From NCBI RefSeq assembly GCF_964355755.1, contig NC_092670.1, positions 21,624,795 through 21,688,794 on the forward strand: a DNA stretch of 64,000 nucleotides, read 5' to 3'. A model generated the notes under the pieces. The model was not told where the DNA came from and did no database searches. It saw only the letters and a list, made by a program, of their open reading frames with translations. Below, piece by piece: positions 38,907 through 52,330 of the stretch. Each line of letters opens with the position of its first letter. Position 1 is the stretch's first letter. The stretch comes from Antedon mediterranea (lineage: Eukaryota > Animalia > Echinodermata). The position numbers and the translations under genes were made by a program.

Positions 38907-41900
38907 TTATTTAAATTTGTATAATGTGAATGTATGAATGATCTCTTGTGCAGAGATTTTAAAGATGAATGAGAAACTTAATATTTATGAAGAAAATTTG
39001 TAGATTGTATATACAAAAAACATAAGAATGAAAACAACAGCAGACATTTCGATTGCAAAAAAGTTTTTTATCAAAAGAATTATGTAACAATTATGTTTTG
39101 ACATTACCGACCATCTAGGAGTGTCTTTTACCAAATTCGCTTCGCCACAGCCCCCACCATGGGGCTATAGTTGTTGTGAGTGTGTACTTGGTGTCTGGTC
39201 TGGGGCCTTAATGGAAATAAAGGTGGGTGAATCTCACAAAAGACAAAAAAATACCCCTGCAACTTCCAATAAGAAATGCAGATGAATTCCGTTATTCAAC
39301 GATGCCAAATTTAAAGTCAATATTTATTGATGGTACGTTTGAGAGATTTAATGATCCTTCTAATGGAGTGCCCTCCGAGAAACTTCATAAAATTAATTTC
39401 ATATCGTATTTATCATTTCAATAATTATCATTCTCAATGACATCACGACGAAGAGACAAAATGTGGGCGCGCGCGTACCCAAAGTTAATTTCATAAACGT
39501 GATATATACGCGCAACCGTTTTGTAGTTAATTCTTTGCGTCGCTGATGATTATATTTCCTGATATAGGAAGCCTAGGTGTGTGTTTGTGTTTTTAAAATA
39601 CGAATTGACGATAATGTATGCATGTAAAGGAATGCTATTTTCTATTCTAATGGGATCTGCCATAGTCAGACGTGGTTTAATTTTGACGTCATTTACGGTT
39701 ATCTTCTTCACGTTACATAGTATAATTGACACAGTTTTCGTGTTTTGTATTGGATGAGGAAGGCAATAACAAACACAAAGCTTTTAAATTATACACACAC
39801 CGTTAAAATCGTATAATATATCAGAACGGTAATTGTATTGAAATATTTTTGTGCCTTTGGGGTTGTTCAAATCTAACTGAATTTGACATTTATTGAGAAA
39901 TCAATCCACAGTTTGAATTAATATATATCGATAGCCGTAGAATATATTATACAGTACTTCTATATTTAACTGTTTTAGAAATGTTTTACTTTTTACTTTA
40001 TTCAATAGATATTTCTGTTATAGGCCTACTTGTCCGTTGTGAATATGGTATAGCTTAAGGTTCTGTTAGATTTAGACATTTTTATCGTGACTACATTTAC
40101 TAGAGAGACTAAGAACATCAATTACAATGAAGTGCTACCATTAGATAGGCGGGAGCATTCGACAAGCGGGTGATTATAGACATGGTGCATTATTCGAGCG
40201 CACGTTGCAATTAGTGCAATTAGTATATTAGACAATTATCATTTATTGGTATATTGAGTGTTTACTTGTTCTTTAATTCGTTTTGTATGCCTTAAACAAA
40301 ATTCATTAATGCATGCCTATTATTCAGTACATTAATGCTGATACATGTTCTACTATTAGACGTCAGAATGTCTAATAAAATAAATGACAAACCATATTAC
40401 ATCACTGTTAATTTTGTCCATGGTACGTTATCGGTATGGACTGATAATATGAATAACGTGTCCTTTAAACATATGGGACACTGTTTTTAGAGAAGTCAAA
40501 ATAGAACCGTACAACATTATTTAGAGTTAATTACGGAAGCCCCAACTTGACCTCTCGCGCAGTTTTTAATGTTTGAAGTATAAACAGATTTGTATTTGTG
40601 TAGATGTATATTCGTATGCTGTAAATAAGCATGGGTGTAAGTATTTTTCGCACAGTCGGCCAGTTAGGCCTACCTGATATTAAAGTCGTAGTAAATTAAC
40701 GTGAAAATATTTTCCTATCAGTTCCGATGAATATTCATAAAGAAACACGCTCTGCAAAGTTTGTGGTTATGAATATTTATGAGTGAAAACAAAATCCCAA
40801 TTTGTACCCAACTCGCCAATTTTTATTGAAGTCATCGCTGTTTAGTTTGCATTCAATGTTCGGTTTGTAAAATGTAAAAAAATGCACGCGCGTAGGCCTA
40901 TGCCTTAGCAATTTGTGTTATTATATTAGGTTTGAGAAGAATGTTGCACACTGTCATACATCATTAATAGCACACGCACATTTTAGAGCTAAATTTCGCG
41001 TATTTGCGTTTACGATCGTAACGTCACGAGGTGAACTCAATTGGTTTAGGCCTAACGGTATTTGCGTTTTATTATATTTTCTCTTAAACCTGTCGTGATA
41101 TTATTCTAATTTATTTAGCTACATCGTCACAACCATCACAATCACATTACGTCATCAACAATCAACAATATTTAGGCATCAACTATATAGCAATCTATTA
41201 TTTGGTTCTCATTTGGTGGACATAGGCAACGAAATATCACGAAACTCAGTTGCGACAACATGGTGGCGTCTGTACAAAATTGAGATGTCCAAACTAATTA
41301 TAGAGACTCTATAGTGCTCTACAGAGGCCTACTGTTGGGTACAGCAGCAATGTTGTTTTTATTTTGTTTAAACCAAATATTTTCCATATCAAGTGGGATA
41401 CTCACGAGATGACCTTTTAATTTACGCATGCGTAATATCAAATGTTGAAAATAAGTAGATCAAATATTGGATTTTACAATCAAATTTAGACACTTAGTAA
41501 ATTGAACTCACAACAATAATCCAATCTATGTTAATGTATCGGTACAATATTAAAAATATTGAATTATTTTCAAAGAAACGTTGTCGATATTCTACCATAT
41601 ACTGTAAAATATTAATGAAAATATAAAGTGCTTGGTAAGTTTGGCTCATCAGCTTCCGTTTTTCATAAAAGATCACAAGGTATGCATAGATACCGGTAAC
41701 TAAGCAAGGTCATCAATCGATGTCCTGTTTTTACTATGAACGGCAAAGAGGCATAATTCCACTCGTAACCTTTTAAGTGACATTTGATATTCTTACTGGT
41801 ATTGAAACTCATCCTTATGTTTATTTCGTTTTTGCAGCTGTCGTCGCAGATTTGAACCGGAGACAACTCATTTAAGACACGTCCACGACGTCAACCCAAC

Positions 41901-42369
41901 TCAAGAGATAGAATGAGTGAAGGTCGTATCACCTAAATGCGTGCTCTTAAGCGTGCGTACGCACGATCGACATAGCACACGGCAAGAGCGTATAGGCCAC
42001 GGTACAGGAAATTGTTCATAAGTGTACATTATCTACGAAAGAAGTAAAAAGGCTGGTATACATAAACGCAACGGGATCAGTAATTGAAAATAATACATTT
42101 AGGACATTCAGAACATCATACAGTGATGTTGACGAATGAAAACATTTTTGGAAGGAAACATTGACAAGTCATTGGAGCTACACAGACTATAATACTACAC
42201 TGTGAATTGATTGGTTAATAACAAGATTTTTATTTGAGATTTGTGTTAAGCTTTATTGTTTGTAACGCAAATATCATCACATTTCCATGCCTATGAATCG
42301 TAAATTGTTCGAAAGTTTTTGGTAAGATTATTTTTAATATCTCTAATGACTTTGTTTTCATCATTAAAC

Positions 42370-43530
42370 ATGTTCAAGAAGCTTACTGAGAATAAGGCCA
42401 ACGCGGCCGCAGTTATTCCGCCAAAATTACCGTCAGTTTCCAGCAGTGCAGTGAGATTTAAACTTGATACAGGGACTTATGAAACTGAACGAATACTCGG
42501 TGAAGGAACATTTGGCCGAGTGGAATTAGTAACAGAAAAAGAAACAGGTACAAAATTAGCTTTGAAATATATATTAAAATCGAAAACAAATTTTAAAGAC
42601 TTTCAGCGGGAATTTCGAATGAGTTATTTTTTATGTGGACATGCGCATGTCGTCTGTACGCTTGAGGCTGCGTTTGAGACACCGGAAGCGTACGTATTTG
42701 CTCAGGAATACGCTCCATGCGGGGACTTATTTGACGCGATACCGCCGCATAAAGGACTGATGGAAAGTAGAGCTAAATCCTGCCTACCACAGATTGCTTC
42801 TGCTATAGCCTTTCTCCATGGACAGAATATGGTTCACCGTGACATTAAACCAGAGAATGTCTTGGTTTTTGATGAGTCGTTAACAATGGTAAAACTAACC
42901 GATTTTGGAATGACTAGAAAAAAGGGCTCTCACGTTAAGAAGACTGCGCATAGTATTCCATATACACCACCAGAAATATGCAAGGCAATCAAACATGAGG
43001 GTTATTCTGTAGATGTTGGACAAGATGTCTGGTCCTTCGCGGTTCTAGTTTTTTGTACACTAACAGGAAGTTTTCCATGGGAAAAAGCTGACCAAACAGA
43101 TCAATATTTTACTGATTTTTCTAAATGGCTAAAGAGGAGATCTCACGTCTTGCCACATGACTGGAGAACGTTCACTCCAAGGTTACTAAAGTTTTACCGC
43201 AAAGCTTTGGAGTTGAAGACGTCACGGCGTTGTTCAATCACAGACTTTTTTAAATACGTAGACGATGATTGGATAATGCCAAATAAACGTCATCGGTCAA
43301 CAGACGACGACGCGGAAAATCGAGAAGCAATGGAAGATCTAAGACGTAAATTGCGTTCATACGGTGTCGTGACAGATACAAATAAAGAAAACAGAAAACA
43401 AAGAACTATTGAATGGGTAGAGCAATGGCAACCGACATCACCCTTAAATGCTGACGAACCAGATATCAATGACGTCATCAAAGATCTTAAAGAAGAAAAG
43501 AAAAAAGACACTAAAAAAGGAACCGATTAA
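42370..43530 (+). CDS. SBK1: SBK1-like (SH3-domain binding kinase / meng-po family) serine/threonine protein kinase, intronless ORF
   Basis: Kinase motifs LGEGTFGRV, ALK, HRDIKPEN, DFG, IPYTPPE, DVWSF, plus SBK-specific FETPEAYVFAQEYAPCGDLFD, FCTLTGSFPWEKA and WRTFTP. Start placed at AAACATG 42370; an in-frame ATG at 42346 or an upstream exon is also possible. AATAAA at ~43834. Confidence 0.88.
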   Translation: MFKKLTENKANAAAVIPPKLPSVSSSAVRFKLDTGTYETERILGEGTFGRVELVTEKETGTKLALKYILKSKTNFKDFQREFRMSYFLCGHAHVVCTLEAAFETPEAYVFAQEYAPCGDLFDAIPPHKGLMESRAKSCLPQIASAIAFLHGQNMVHRDIKPENVLVFDESLTMVKLTDFGMTRKKGSHVKKTAHSIPYTPPEICKAIKHEGYSVDVGQDVWSFAVLVFCTLTGSFPWEKADQTDQYFTDFSKWLKRRSHVLPHDWRTFTPRLLKFYRKALELKTSRRCSITDFFKYVDDDWIMPNKRHRSTDDDAENREAMEDLRRKLRSYGVVTDTNKENRKQRTIEWVEQWQPTSPLNADEPDINDVIKDLKEEKKKDTKKGTD

Positions 43531-44923
43531 CGAATTGTAGTATTTTATTATGGTAATCTAATGATATTAATAATCAAGTCAAATTCATAGAAAAAGTGTA
43601 ATGTTGGAATTTGTAGATGTCAAAAATATGTTAATTTTATAGGTCTATATATATATATTAATTAAATTAGCCGAAAGATGAGAAATGAGAGGTACAGCAG
43701 GTACGACTCACACAAAGTTCTTCTATTGTAGTTCTTGAACCTATTTTTATACATTTTTCAACCTAATATTAGATTTTAGATTAACATATCAATTTATTTA
43801 TCTTTCCTGGTCGATAAATTGAATCATAGGACAAATAAACTATTAAACAGTTTAGATTTGTTTGTTTGAGTGGTTGTTGCGCTTAATGGTGTTTTGTACG
43901 GTGACGTCACGAAAAGTTTCAGAATCAAAATAAAACTCGCTGTGTAATTAAATTAAGCCGGCCGGCTAGTTTCTAACAACTACTAATAATAAGAGAAGAG
44001 ACAAAAGATGTAGCCTAGGCCTAGACTAGAAGGTGAGTGTTGCGAAATTCGGTATGACTTTAAATAATTAGCATTTGATCTAGCATTTGTACTGTAGTGG
44101 TACGAACGCTTATTTATCATTTGTTTATAAAACCTGGGGTATGCTAGGCCAGGCCCACAAAAAGCAGCCAAAAGCAAGTCGCCGCCTCAGTTATATCATG
44201 GAGTAAACTCCATGGTTATATTGCAAAGTCTGGGCCTACGTACTAGTTAGAGTAGTATAGTTGTGCCTGCCTAGGGCCTAGCTAGGCCTATAGTCCCATT
44301 CTCTGACCGCGCCTTGCCTAGGCTAGAACCAAGCTTAAGCTAAATATAAATTATAGATATATTTAATCATTTGTTTTTCATTTTGTTTTTGCCCAATAAT
44401 AATGTAATGAGGTTTTCAAAAATTACTATATAGGCCTAGGCTTAGCCTAGCTAGGCCTAATTAACTAAGGTTAAGGCTAAGGCCTAGGAGGCCTACAAAA
44501 AGTTTTTTTAGAGGGCAGCAAACATATGATTTATCATTCAAGAATTATTTATTATTTATCTAGATATTAATTCCTCCATGCTTACACAAATGCATCAGCA
44601 TTGCTATAAATCCAGTGCAATTGTATTCGTAACTTTATTTTCAAACCTTTCTTTCATATCTAGCGTTCTATAATTGATTGTAGATCTGCATTTTCAACTT
44701 AAAGGGTAGTCAAAACTAATTGTTATTTAAATTTAATGAACCTGAGAATGACGATCATCTGAATGGAGTTTAACCAGATTGATTTAATTTGGATATATGT
44801 ATGAATATACGATATTTATAACATTATGAATAAGTATTATAGTTGATTACGGTATAATTGATCATCGCAATACAACCACCACGAGTTTCCGAATGAAATG
44901 CACGGCCTGCAAATTAATTGCCA

Positions 44924-47900
44924 TCAGTATACGCCTGGTACAAGGCGATATGGAACCCTGTTACAATATTTATCCCAATTCTTTCCATACTTAAGTTTGC
45001 AACTATCTTCATCTCTATAGCATCTACAAAATAATAATATACTAATAAATGTAAAGTAGAAATACGGCAAGATATGACTAACACCCGTAGCAAGACAGAA
45101 AGCTAAAGATTGGAACAAATCACCAGTGTAGTTCATATGGCGCGCCACACCCCACCATCCAGATAACAAAAGACGACTTCGACGCTTTTTACCATCACCG
45201 GAATAATAATCGCATTCAATGAATTCAGGACTTTTGCCCCAGATCTTGCAATTGCCGTTGGTACGTCTGAACAGGTCTTTCTGATGATTAACAGCTCTGA
45301 ATATAGAGTAACTTACTATACCAAGTAATAGAACTCCGAAGAATACAGGTGTCGACAATAGAGTTGGATGGTGAACAAGATAAAATCCCTGCAAGAAAAT
45401 ATTAATATTTGTGGTGATTTGTCATCTCAAACTTTGCTTCTTGTGATCAATTTTACTTACCTGAAGTGTGTATGTCCATGGAAGCCAGACAAATATTCCC
45501 CAGCACAGGTAGAATCCAAAGTGGTCATGTTGTATGTCAATTGTCCTCAAGTACCAAGCTTCGTTCCAGAAAAAGTCAATGACGTACAGGCCATGCAAGA
45601 CATTTACCAATATCATAGAGTTCGTCACGAAACCATGCACCTCATACTGTTTCCATGCGTACGATATATTAATAACTGACCACGACATCATGCCGATGCG
45701 ACCATTGACGAATAATTTCAAATCAAACATCTTCCCGATGCGTGGATTAAGTTCAATTCCCATAAGAAAATCATAGAAGATGCTGCTAGAGAACTTTCTG
45801 TCTTGTGCGTGAGTCGGGAAAAGGTGAGCTTTGATCATAACGAACACGCTTAAGCTGTAACCTAAAATATTTGCCACCCAGAATAGTTGGCCCCAGTTGC
45901 TGACTATAATTGAAGGTGAAAACCATTTAAAGTAGACCCCATTTAGAATCCATAGTGTTATTGTGATTGTCCAAGACTGCAGACCGTTGACATTGTACTT
46001 GAGTTGATGACCAGCTGGCGTAACCGCTCCATGACGAGTTCCACCAGCGTACCCGGGTAGGATATACCCAAACACGTCAGGTAGATAATATAAAAGTATC
46101 TGTAAGAAATAAGAGAATTGATAACAGGTTTGTGGCAGTCACTGTGGGAATGTTCAGACTTCGGTAGAGTAGTCTGGGATTCTCGGTGATGGAATGACGT
46201 CACAAGAGGACAGAGATCTAACATTTTCTATAAACAGATTGCTTAGCAATAACTGCTCATTCATTTTGAAGGAAACATTTGTGGAGTTGGTTTAGATGCA
46301 CAATCGTGTCAGACCAGAATTAAGTGTATGCATTGCGAAAACTGTGTGACATTAGTTTAAAGATGTATTGTCCCCCTGAAAAAATAATTCTTAAAAAGAT
46401 TTGGTTGAATATTCCATTTTAATGTAAAAAAATGTATTTACCTGAAAAAATGTAATTTAAAGCAAAAAATGAATTTTTGGTTGAATTTAACCATTTATTT
46501 TGTTATTTTGACAGTAAAAACATTTTTTTTTTTCGTTTTTTTTCTACGGAAGTGATTAACTTTATTAAAACAACAAAATAAGATATTCAAAGTCTGATTT
46601 AAAAATCTTCATTGTTCATGTTCTAGGGGGATCTTTAAGCAATATGATCAACTTGACTTCTAAAACTTGTTTAAGACAATTTGTTTATGTTAGAGCATCT
46701 CTTTTATATTTGTCCTGTGAACAGGATTGCCATCTTTAAGAGCAGTGAATGAATTCGCATATGACTATAATAATTAATGATAAAAAACAAAACTTGATTT
46801 ATCTAGAACAAGTTGTTTTATCTTACTTGAAGCATAATCCAAATTACAGCCATCTTAAACGCTAAAACGTTTAAAGATTGCGCTCTTGCTAAAAACGCTG
46901 CCATCGTCAATTTTCCATGATAAAATTGTATAACAGGTGACGTAACAGAACACTCGAATTCAGGGCAAGCCATAAGTAAGTAAAGAGCAATGAAGGGAGT
47001 TACAAACAAAATGAATAATGTTGTCAAGTACGTGGTTATATTCACACTCCTAAAAGATAAAAAAAACAGACAATATTTACAAAATAGCCTAAGTGGAAAA
47101 CGATTACTCTTTTACGATACCGCACAATGGTGCGCGTCAATAAACTAATTTACAATACGCACTCAAAAGTCTTAATTCTTTTATTGTGACAATTTGATCC
47201 CGGTAAATGTTTTTTAATAATGGTACTTGTATGAATGCGGAACTAAAACATTTTAAAGAAAAACAATGACAAATCCAGAAAATGTCCCCTCGTCTTGTTT
47301 GGCTGGCCGGCCGGAGTTAGTAGTTTCAATCATTTTATGATTTCTAATATTATTAAGATGTGTAAGTGCAATTTTGTTTTCCAACAACAACATATTGCCG
47401 TCGAGGCAGGGGTAGGCCTACTATATATACCTAAATGACCTACACGACCTTTTAAACGAAATTTTCTGTCGATTCCGTCGGTAAACTTGAAACGACATTT
47501 TGTAGGTAAAGTTATTTTTTTCTTTGCATTGCATTACACAAAACGTAGATTATGTAACAAATCATCCGTGACTTTAATATTGACGTTGTCTCTTTGTTTA
47601 GCATTATCAATGCTTATCATATATTAATATCATCGCGATACAACAACCTGCAACATTGTAATATGAATATTATCGTTATAATGAACTAAGCTACAGCCAC
47701 AATGAGCAGTCAATGTATTCTAACAAGAATACAGTAGTATTCTAACAAGAGTAGGCTGCTTTTGTTCATTAAATAAGTGCATTACACGGTAAAAACTCCC
47801 TTTGTTATATCTAACTATACAAGATATAATAACAGTTAAGATAAACTCACCAGGCACGTCCCCATTCCCCTGGTTTTCTATCGTCTGCTACGGTTGTTAT

Positions 47901-47990
47901 TCCGTCAATGTTTCCGTCACCCATTACGGAAATCCCGTTTGTAGCGAGTTGCTGGTCCGGTTTTCTCGAGTCTTTCTTTGCTCGCGGCAT
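44924..47990 (-). CDS. DHCR7: 7-dehydrocholesterol reductase, paralogue A (divergent), 4 coding exons, 488 aa
   Basis: GT-AG exons 47990-47851, 47049-46827, 46099-45461, 45388-44924 (140+223+639+465 nt), in frame. Motifs [72 protein letters not shown]...[10 protein letters not shown]. Confidence 0.92.
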
Positions 47991-49377
47991 TGTTTTGTAA
48001 TTAACAATGAACGAGGAAATCCTTATATAGAACTGTATGATATTTTGGCAGACAATGAGTGAAATGCGTCGTTATTAATAACTGAACGCGTGATTAGGCA
48101 CTTGAACTTTAACCTCTGCAGCACTAATTTAACTAACCTTTAATACAATTGTTTCTAATCAGAAGACCGAGACAGAGATTACAATACAGATTAAAGATAT
48201 AGAATCGATATATCATGTATTGATTTCCATATAGAATGTCGTGTGTGCTACTGCTTTTCTGGGTTTTTAAAAAAATGACAATATTTTTTAGTGTACATTT
48301 GTGTATAAAGGTTTTATAATTAAACTAAATAATAACTAAACTATGAACGGGTCCAGTTTCTATAGCCGAATACAATGAAAACATTATCTGATAAAATATC
48401 AGTAATTGTAAAAACACACTAAGTATACCTATTGAATATTTATTCAATTTGATATTGCATACAATAAACCAATTGGTGCAGCCTTTGCAAATTCATAACA
48501 TGCAATAAACATTCTTCGTGAACTAAAAACTTGAAATTTTAACATCATAAATATAGTTTTATAATACCTAACTCTATCTGAAATATACTGTCGTAATTGT
48601 GTAACTCGCGAACAGTGTTTTATCTGCATGAAGGCAAGTAAACGGCAGAAATGCGCATGTCTTATACGCAGCATGAAAAAAAGCTATATGTACTGTATTA
48701 TTTCAGCCTCTCCATTTTTTTTCCTCAAAAAGTAAAGATACCATTCTATTATACGTTACAAAATAGTACAACTGCTGTTGCCAACAACATTAAACAAAAC
48801 GTAATTTACAATCAGCGGCAGTGATAGCGCGTCATACGAACGTCAGACCAATAGACGGACTAACTGAAAAGTAAATTCAATATATTTCTAATTGGTTTCT
48901 TTTACATAAATTATTTTTAGAAATGTATAACTTAATAATAAGTTATTCAACGAATATTACAATATCGTACAACAAATATACAAAACTGTCATAAATGTTT
49001 TGATCGTTTAAGTTTAAAAAGGTTAATAAAATAGTTCAAATTGCAACGTTTAAAATTAAAATTAATTTGTCCAACTTGCCCCTAAAGGTAGGATACAAAA
49101 GTGAGTAAACCTTAACACATTTAAGCTACTCTATGACATGGTTCTATTTCCAACATGGGAACGAAAATCATTCATCAGTTATTGGTCCGTCAATATAAAG
49201 CTTTGGTTGGATTATCTGGGCTTCTTAGCTTAGCCACCAACATACAGGGCCAGTGATATGCCAGCCATTGTGAGGTTACTGAAATGTATTTTAAGCGAGT
49301 TTATTGCAAAATATGGCAAGCTTTGACAGTAAGCCTACTTTAAAATGTTACTACGACTTTCTTAAATAAAATTGGTT

Positions 49378-51568
49378 TTAAAAGATACCAGGTAGGATTC
49401 TATATCGTACAATTGATGTATACTTGGTCCAATCAGATCCATATTTCATTCTACATCGATGTTCATCTCTATAACAACGGTTTCCAAGCAAAATCATCAT
49501 ATATATGATGTAGAAATAAGGGAAGATATGTGTAAAACCACACGACAGACAGTAGGCAAGCGCTTGCATAAGGTCGCCAGTGTAGTTCATATGTCGTCCC
49601 ATTCCCCACCAGCCGGACAGAAGTAACTTGCTTCGACGCTTCTCGCCGTCAGCTGAGTAGTAGGTGCATTCGATAATCTTAGGCCTGCGACCCCATATTT
49701 TGCAGTCACCTGATGAGTTCCTGAAACGATCCTTTTGACAGTTGGTAGAGCGAAAGATGTAATAGCCTGCTAATCCAAGGCTTAGGATAAAGGTGGCAGC
49801 AATGTAAGATAGCTCGACTGGATGATATACAAGATAAAGTCCCTGAAAGAATAATTTAAATAACCTTTGTATTAGTACTGTATCTGGAATAAAACATCTC
49901 AATGTTGACTTTGGTCTTTGTGTGATCAAAAACGATATTCATTTACTTGTTATTAAATGTGTTCTTAGGTACTTTATTCAAAGCTAAAATGCTAAAGATA
50001 CTGTATATAAGCATATTAAACAAACATCATTATTGAGCACCTTTATGTCACTACTCAAAACTCACATTTTATGATTTTGTTGGCAGCGCCATAAGCAATG
50101 ACTGTCAGAATGGCGCTATATAAATCGAATCTTGATATTCATTATAGTAGATAATCACATTATTATTAATAAACTGTACCTGAAGTGTGTACATCCATGG
50201 TAACCATACATTGTCTCCCCAGGCCAACATCCAGCCAAAGTGATCATGATGTATGTCTATAGTATTGAGGTACCAAGCTTCATTCCAGAAGAAGTCTACC
50301 ACATAGATAGCATGCAAAATATTCACAAGTATCATTGAATTTGTCACGTGTCCGTACAACTCGTATTGTTTCCACGCGTATGATAAATTGATTAATGTCC
50401 AGGCGCAGATCCCAGGACGACCGTTAAAGAATAATTTAAAATCGAACCAATCTCCTATACGGGGGTTAAATTCAGCACCCATTACAAAGTCGTATGCAAA
50501 ATTTCCGCTAAAAACACAATCAGCAGACGACGTTGGGAAGAATCGCGCCTTTATTATCGCAAATATGGCGACTGCGTTGCCAATTATGTTGGCGACCCAG
50601 AGCATAGATCCCCAGTTGTCGATAATGATTGTAGGAGAGAACCATTTGAAGTAGAAGGCGTTTGCCAGCCATAACGCGTTAGATATTATCCAGGCTTGCA
50701 GACCATTGATGTGGTAGTACATTTGGATTCCTGATGGAGTAATAGTGCCTCGACATCTTCCTCCACGGTAGCTTGGTAGAATCTTGCTGCAGACGTCCGG
50801 TAGGTAGTACAGAAAAATCTGACGAATAAAAATAAGAAGTATTTGGAACCTCAGTGATTGATTATTATATCCACTACCTAATTGTCGATGTTGCTCTTCA
50901 CAAAATGTATGAAAGAATCAAGAAAAGGAAGTCAAAAGATACAAAATAATAACATAACCTGTCGGAAAAATAATGGAATGTGTATTTTCGGAACACGTAA
51001 AAAAGGGGAAAGAGAAACAATGATGGTTACCTGAAAAGCATACCACGGTATGATTATTTTGAAAGCTTTTATTGTCAGGTCTGGTGTTTTCTTCCAGAAG
51101 TCCATCAGTGTTAACTGTCCGTTGTAGAGCTGAACAAGTGGAGAGCTCAGGGAACATTCATACTGGCTGCAAGCTACGAAGAAGTACAAGACCATGCATG
51201 GTGTCATAGTCAGTAGAAAGAACATGGTGAGGGCGCTTAAAAGATCCACCTCCCTGAAATGAAAGTTGCACACATGAAGAGAATCGTACATTAAGAATAC
51301 AAAGACATGAAAAAACTGACAAACGTTATTGCTATATTGTTAGGCTTATGACGTATGAATATTGACGTCATCGTTATGACATTATCACCAACATGCAACC
51401 TATGAATCTTTACCATCATGCATCTTACCATGCTCGCCCCCATTTACCAGGTGTTCGACCATCATCTTCTTCTTCCTTCACACCATTGACCTTACTGCCA
51501 TTTTGAGGTCGTACATCTGTTCTGGACAGAGTACAATTTGTTCCATTGCTTGTTGTTCTCTTCGACAT
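49378..51568 (-). CDS. DHCR7: 7-dehydrocholesterol reductase, paralogue B (more canonical), 4 coding exons, 488 aa
   Basis: GT-AG exons 51568-51429, 51253-51031, 50818-50180, 49842-49378 (140+223+639+465 nt). Motifs [62 protein letters not shown]. Confidence 0.94.
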
Positions 51569-52210
51569 TTTACTCTAAGACTAAGAGGGAAAGAACATTG
51601 ATTTAGAATGAAACCTATCTTTAAGAAAAAGGAAGTGGAAAATAAACAAGAATTAAGTTCCGGTAATTCAACTAGCCAGGCAGCATCGACGTATACCCAT
51701 AGACTGTAATAAGCTCTTTTCGAATGAGTTGGCATGACAGGTCTGTAATTTAAGAATTTAAATAGAAAATAATGAGGCAAAAGCAAAACATATTTATAAC
51801 GACTTTAGTGAAGAAGATAGGCCCAAGCATACGTCACAGACATTGTTCTAAAATCATTATCCGGAGGAGAGAGAAGAAGAGGGCAGCAGTCTTTAATGCA
51901 GTTATCCACAAATAAAACTGTTTGATAGAGTAGCTTCCTCCTAAGTACAATTTAAAAAATATAATAAAATATACACAAATAATAAATCTGATTTGGAGGT
52001 TTTAATCATAATCATTCAGCTCAGTATGTTTTTTGGTAAGTGACTCGTCGCGTGAAACTAGACAGTACGTATAGCTAGCTAACGGTGTATACCACAAATG
52101 ATGGAGCAGCACATGTACGACGATCGCCGCGGAGTCGAAGCGCCCCGGCTCCCGCGCTTTTTGTGCGCTTCACAAACTAATAATAAGTAATTTTGAATCA
52201 TTATACTTAC

Positions 52211-52330
52211 CTTCAAATTTGAACAATTCGATCTCACAGTTGGATGGATATAATAAAGACCTTATTTCGGTAATGAATAAAAATACACAATATCTAGTGC
52301 TAGGAAATCCCGAGGCCAGTGTGATATGAT
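52211..52330 (-). other. Candidate non-coding 5' UTR exon of DHCR7-B
   Basis: Strong donor AAG|GTAAGT at 52210 and an acceptor TTAG just upstream of the ATG (51575-51576). The 5' boundary is a guess. Confidence 0.45.

Noticed and set aside
42319-42369. Signal-peptide-like N-terminus on the kinase ORF
   Set aside because: It arises from a non-ATG start in T-rich UTR or intron sequence; SBK kinases are intracellular.
45368-45776. Plus-strand ORFs overlapping DHCR7-A (also 50388-50654, 43290-43511, 58891-59927)
   Set aside because: Antisense shadows of real coding exons.
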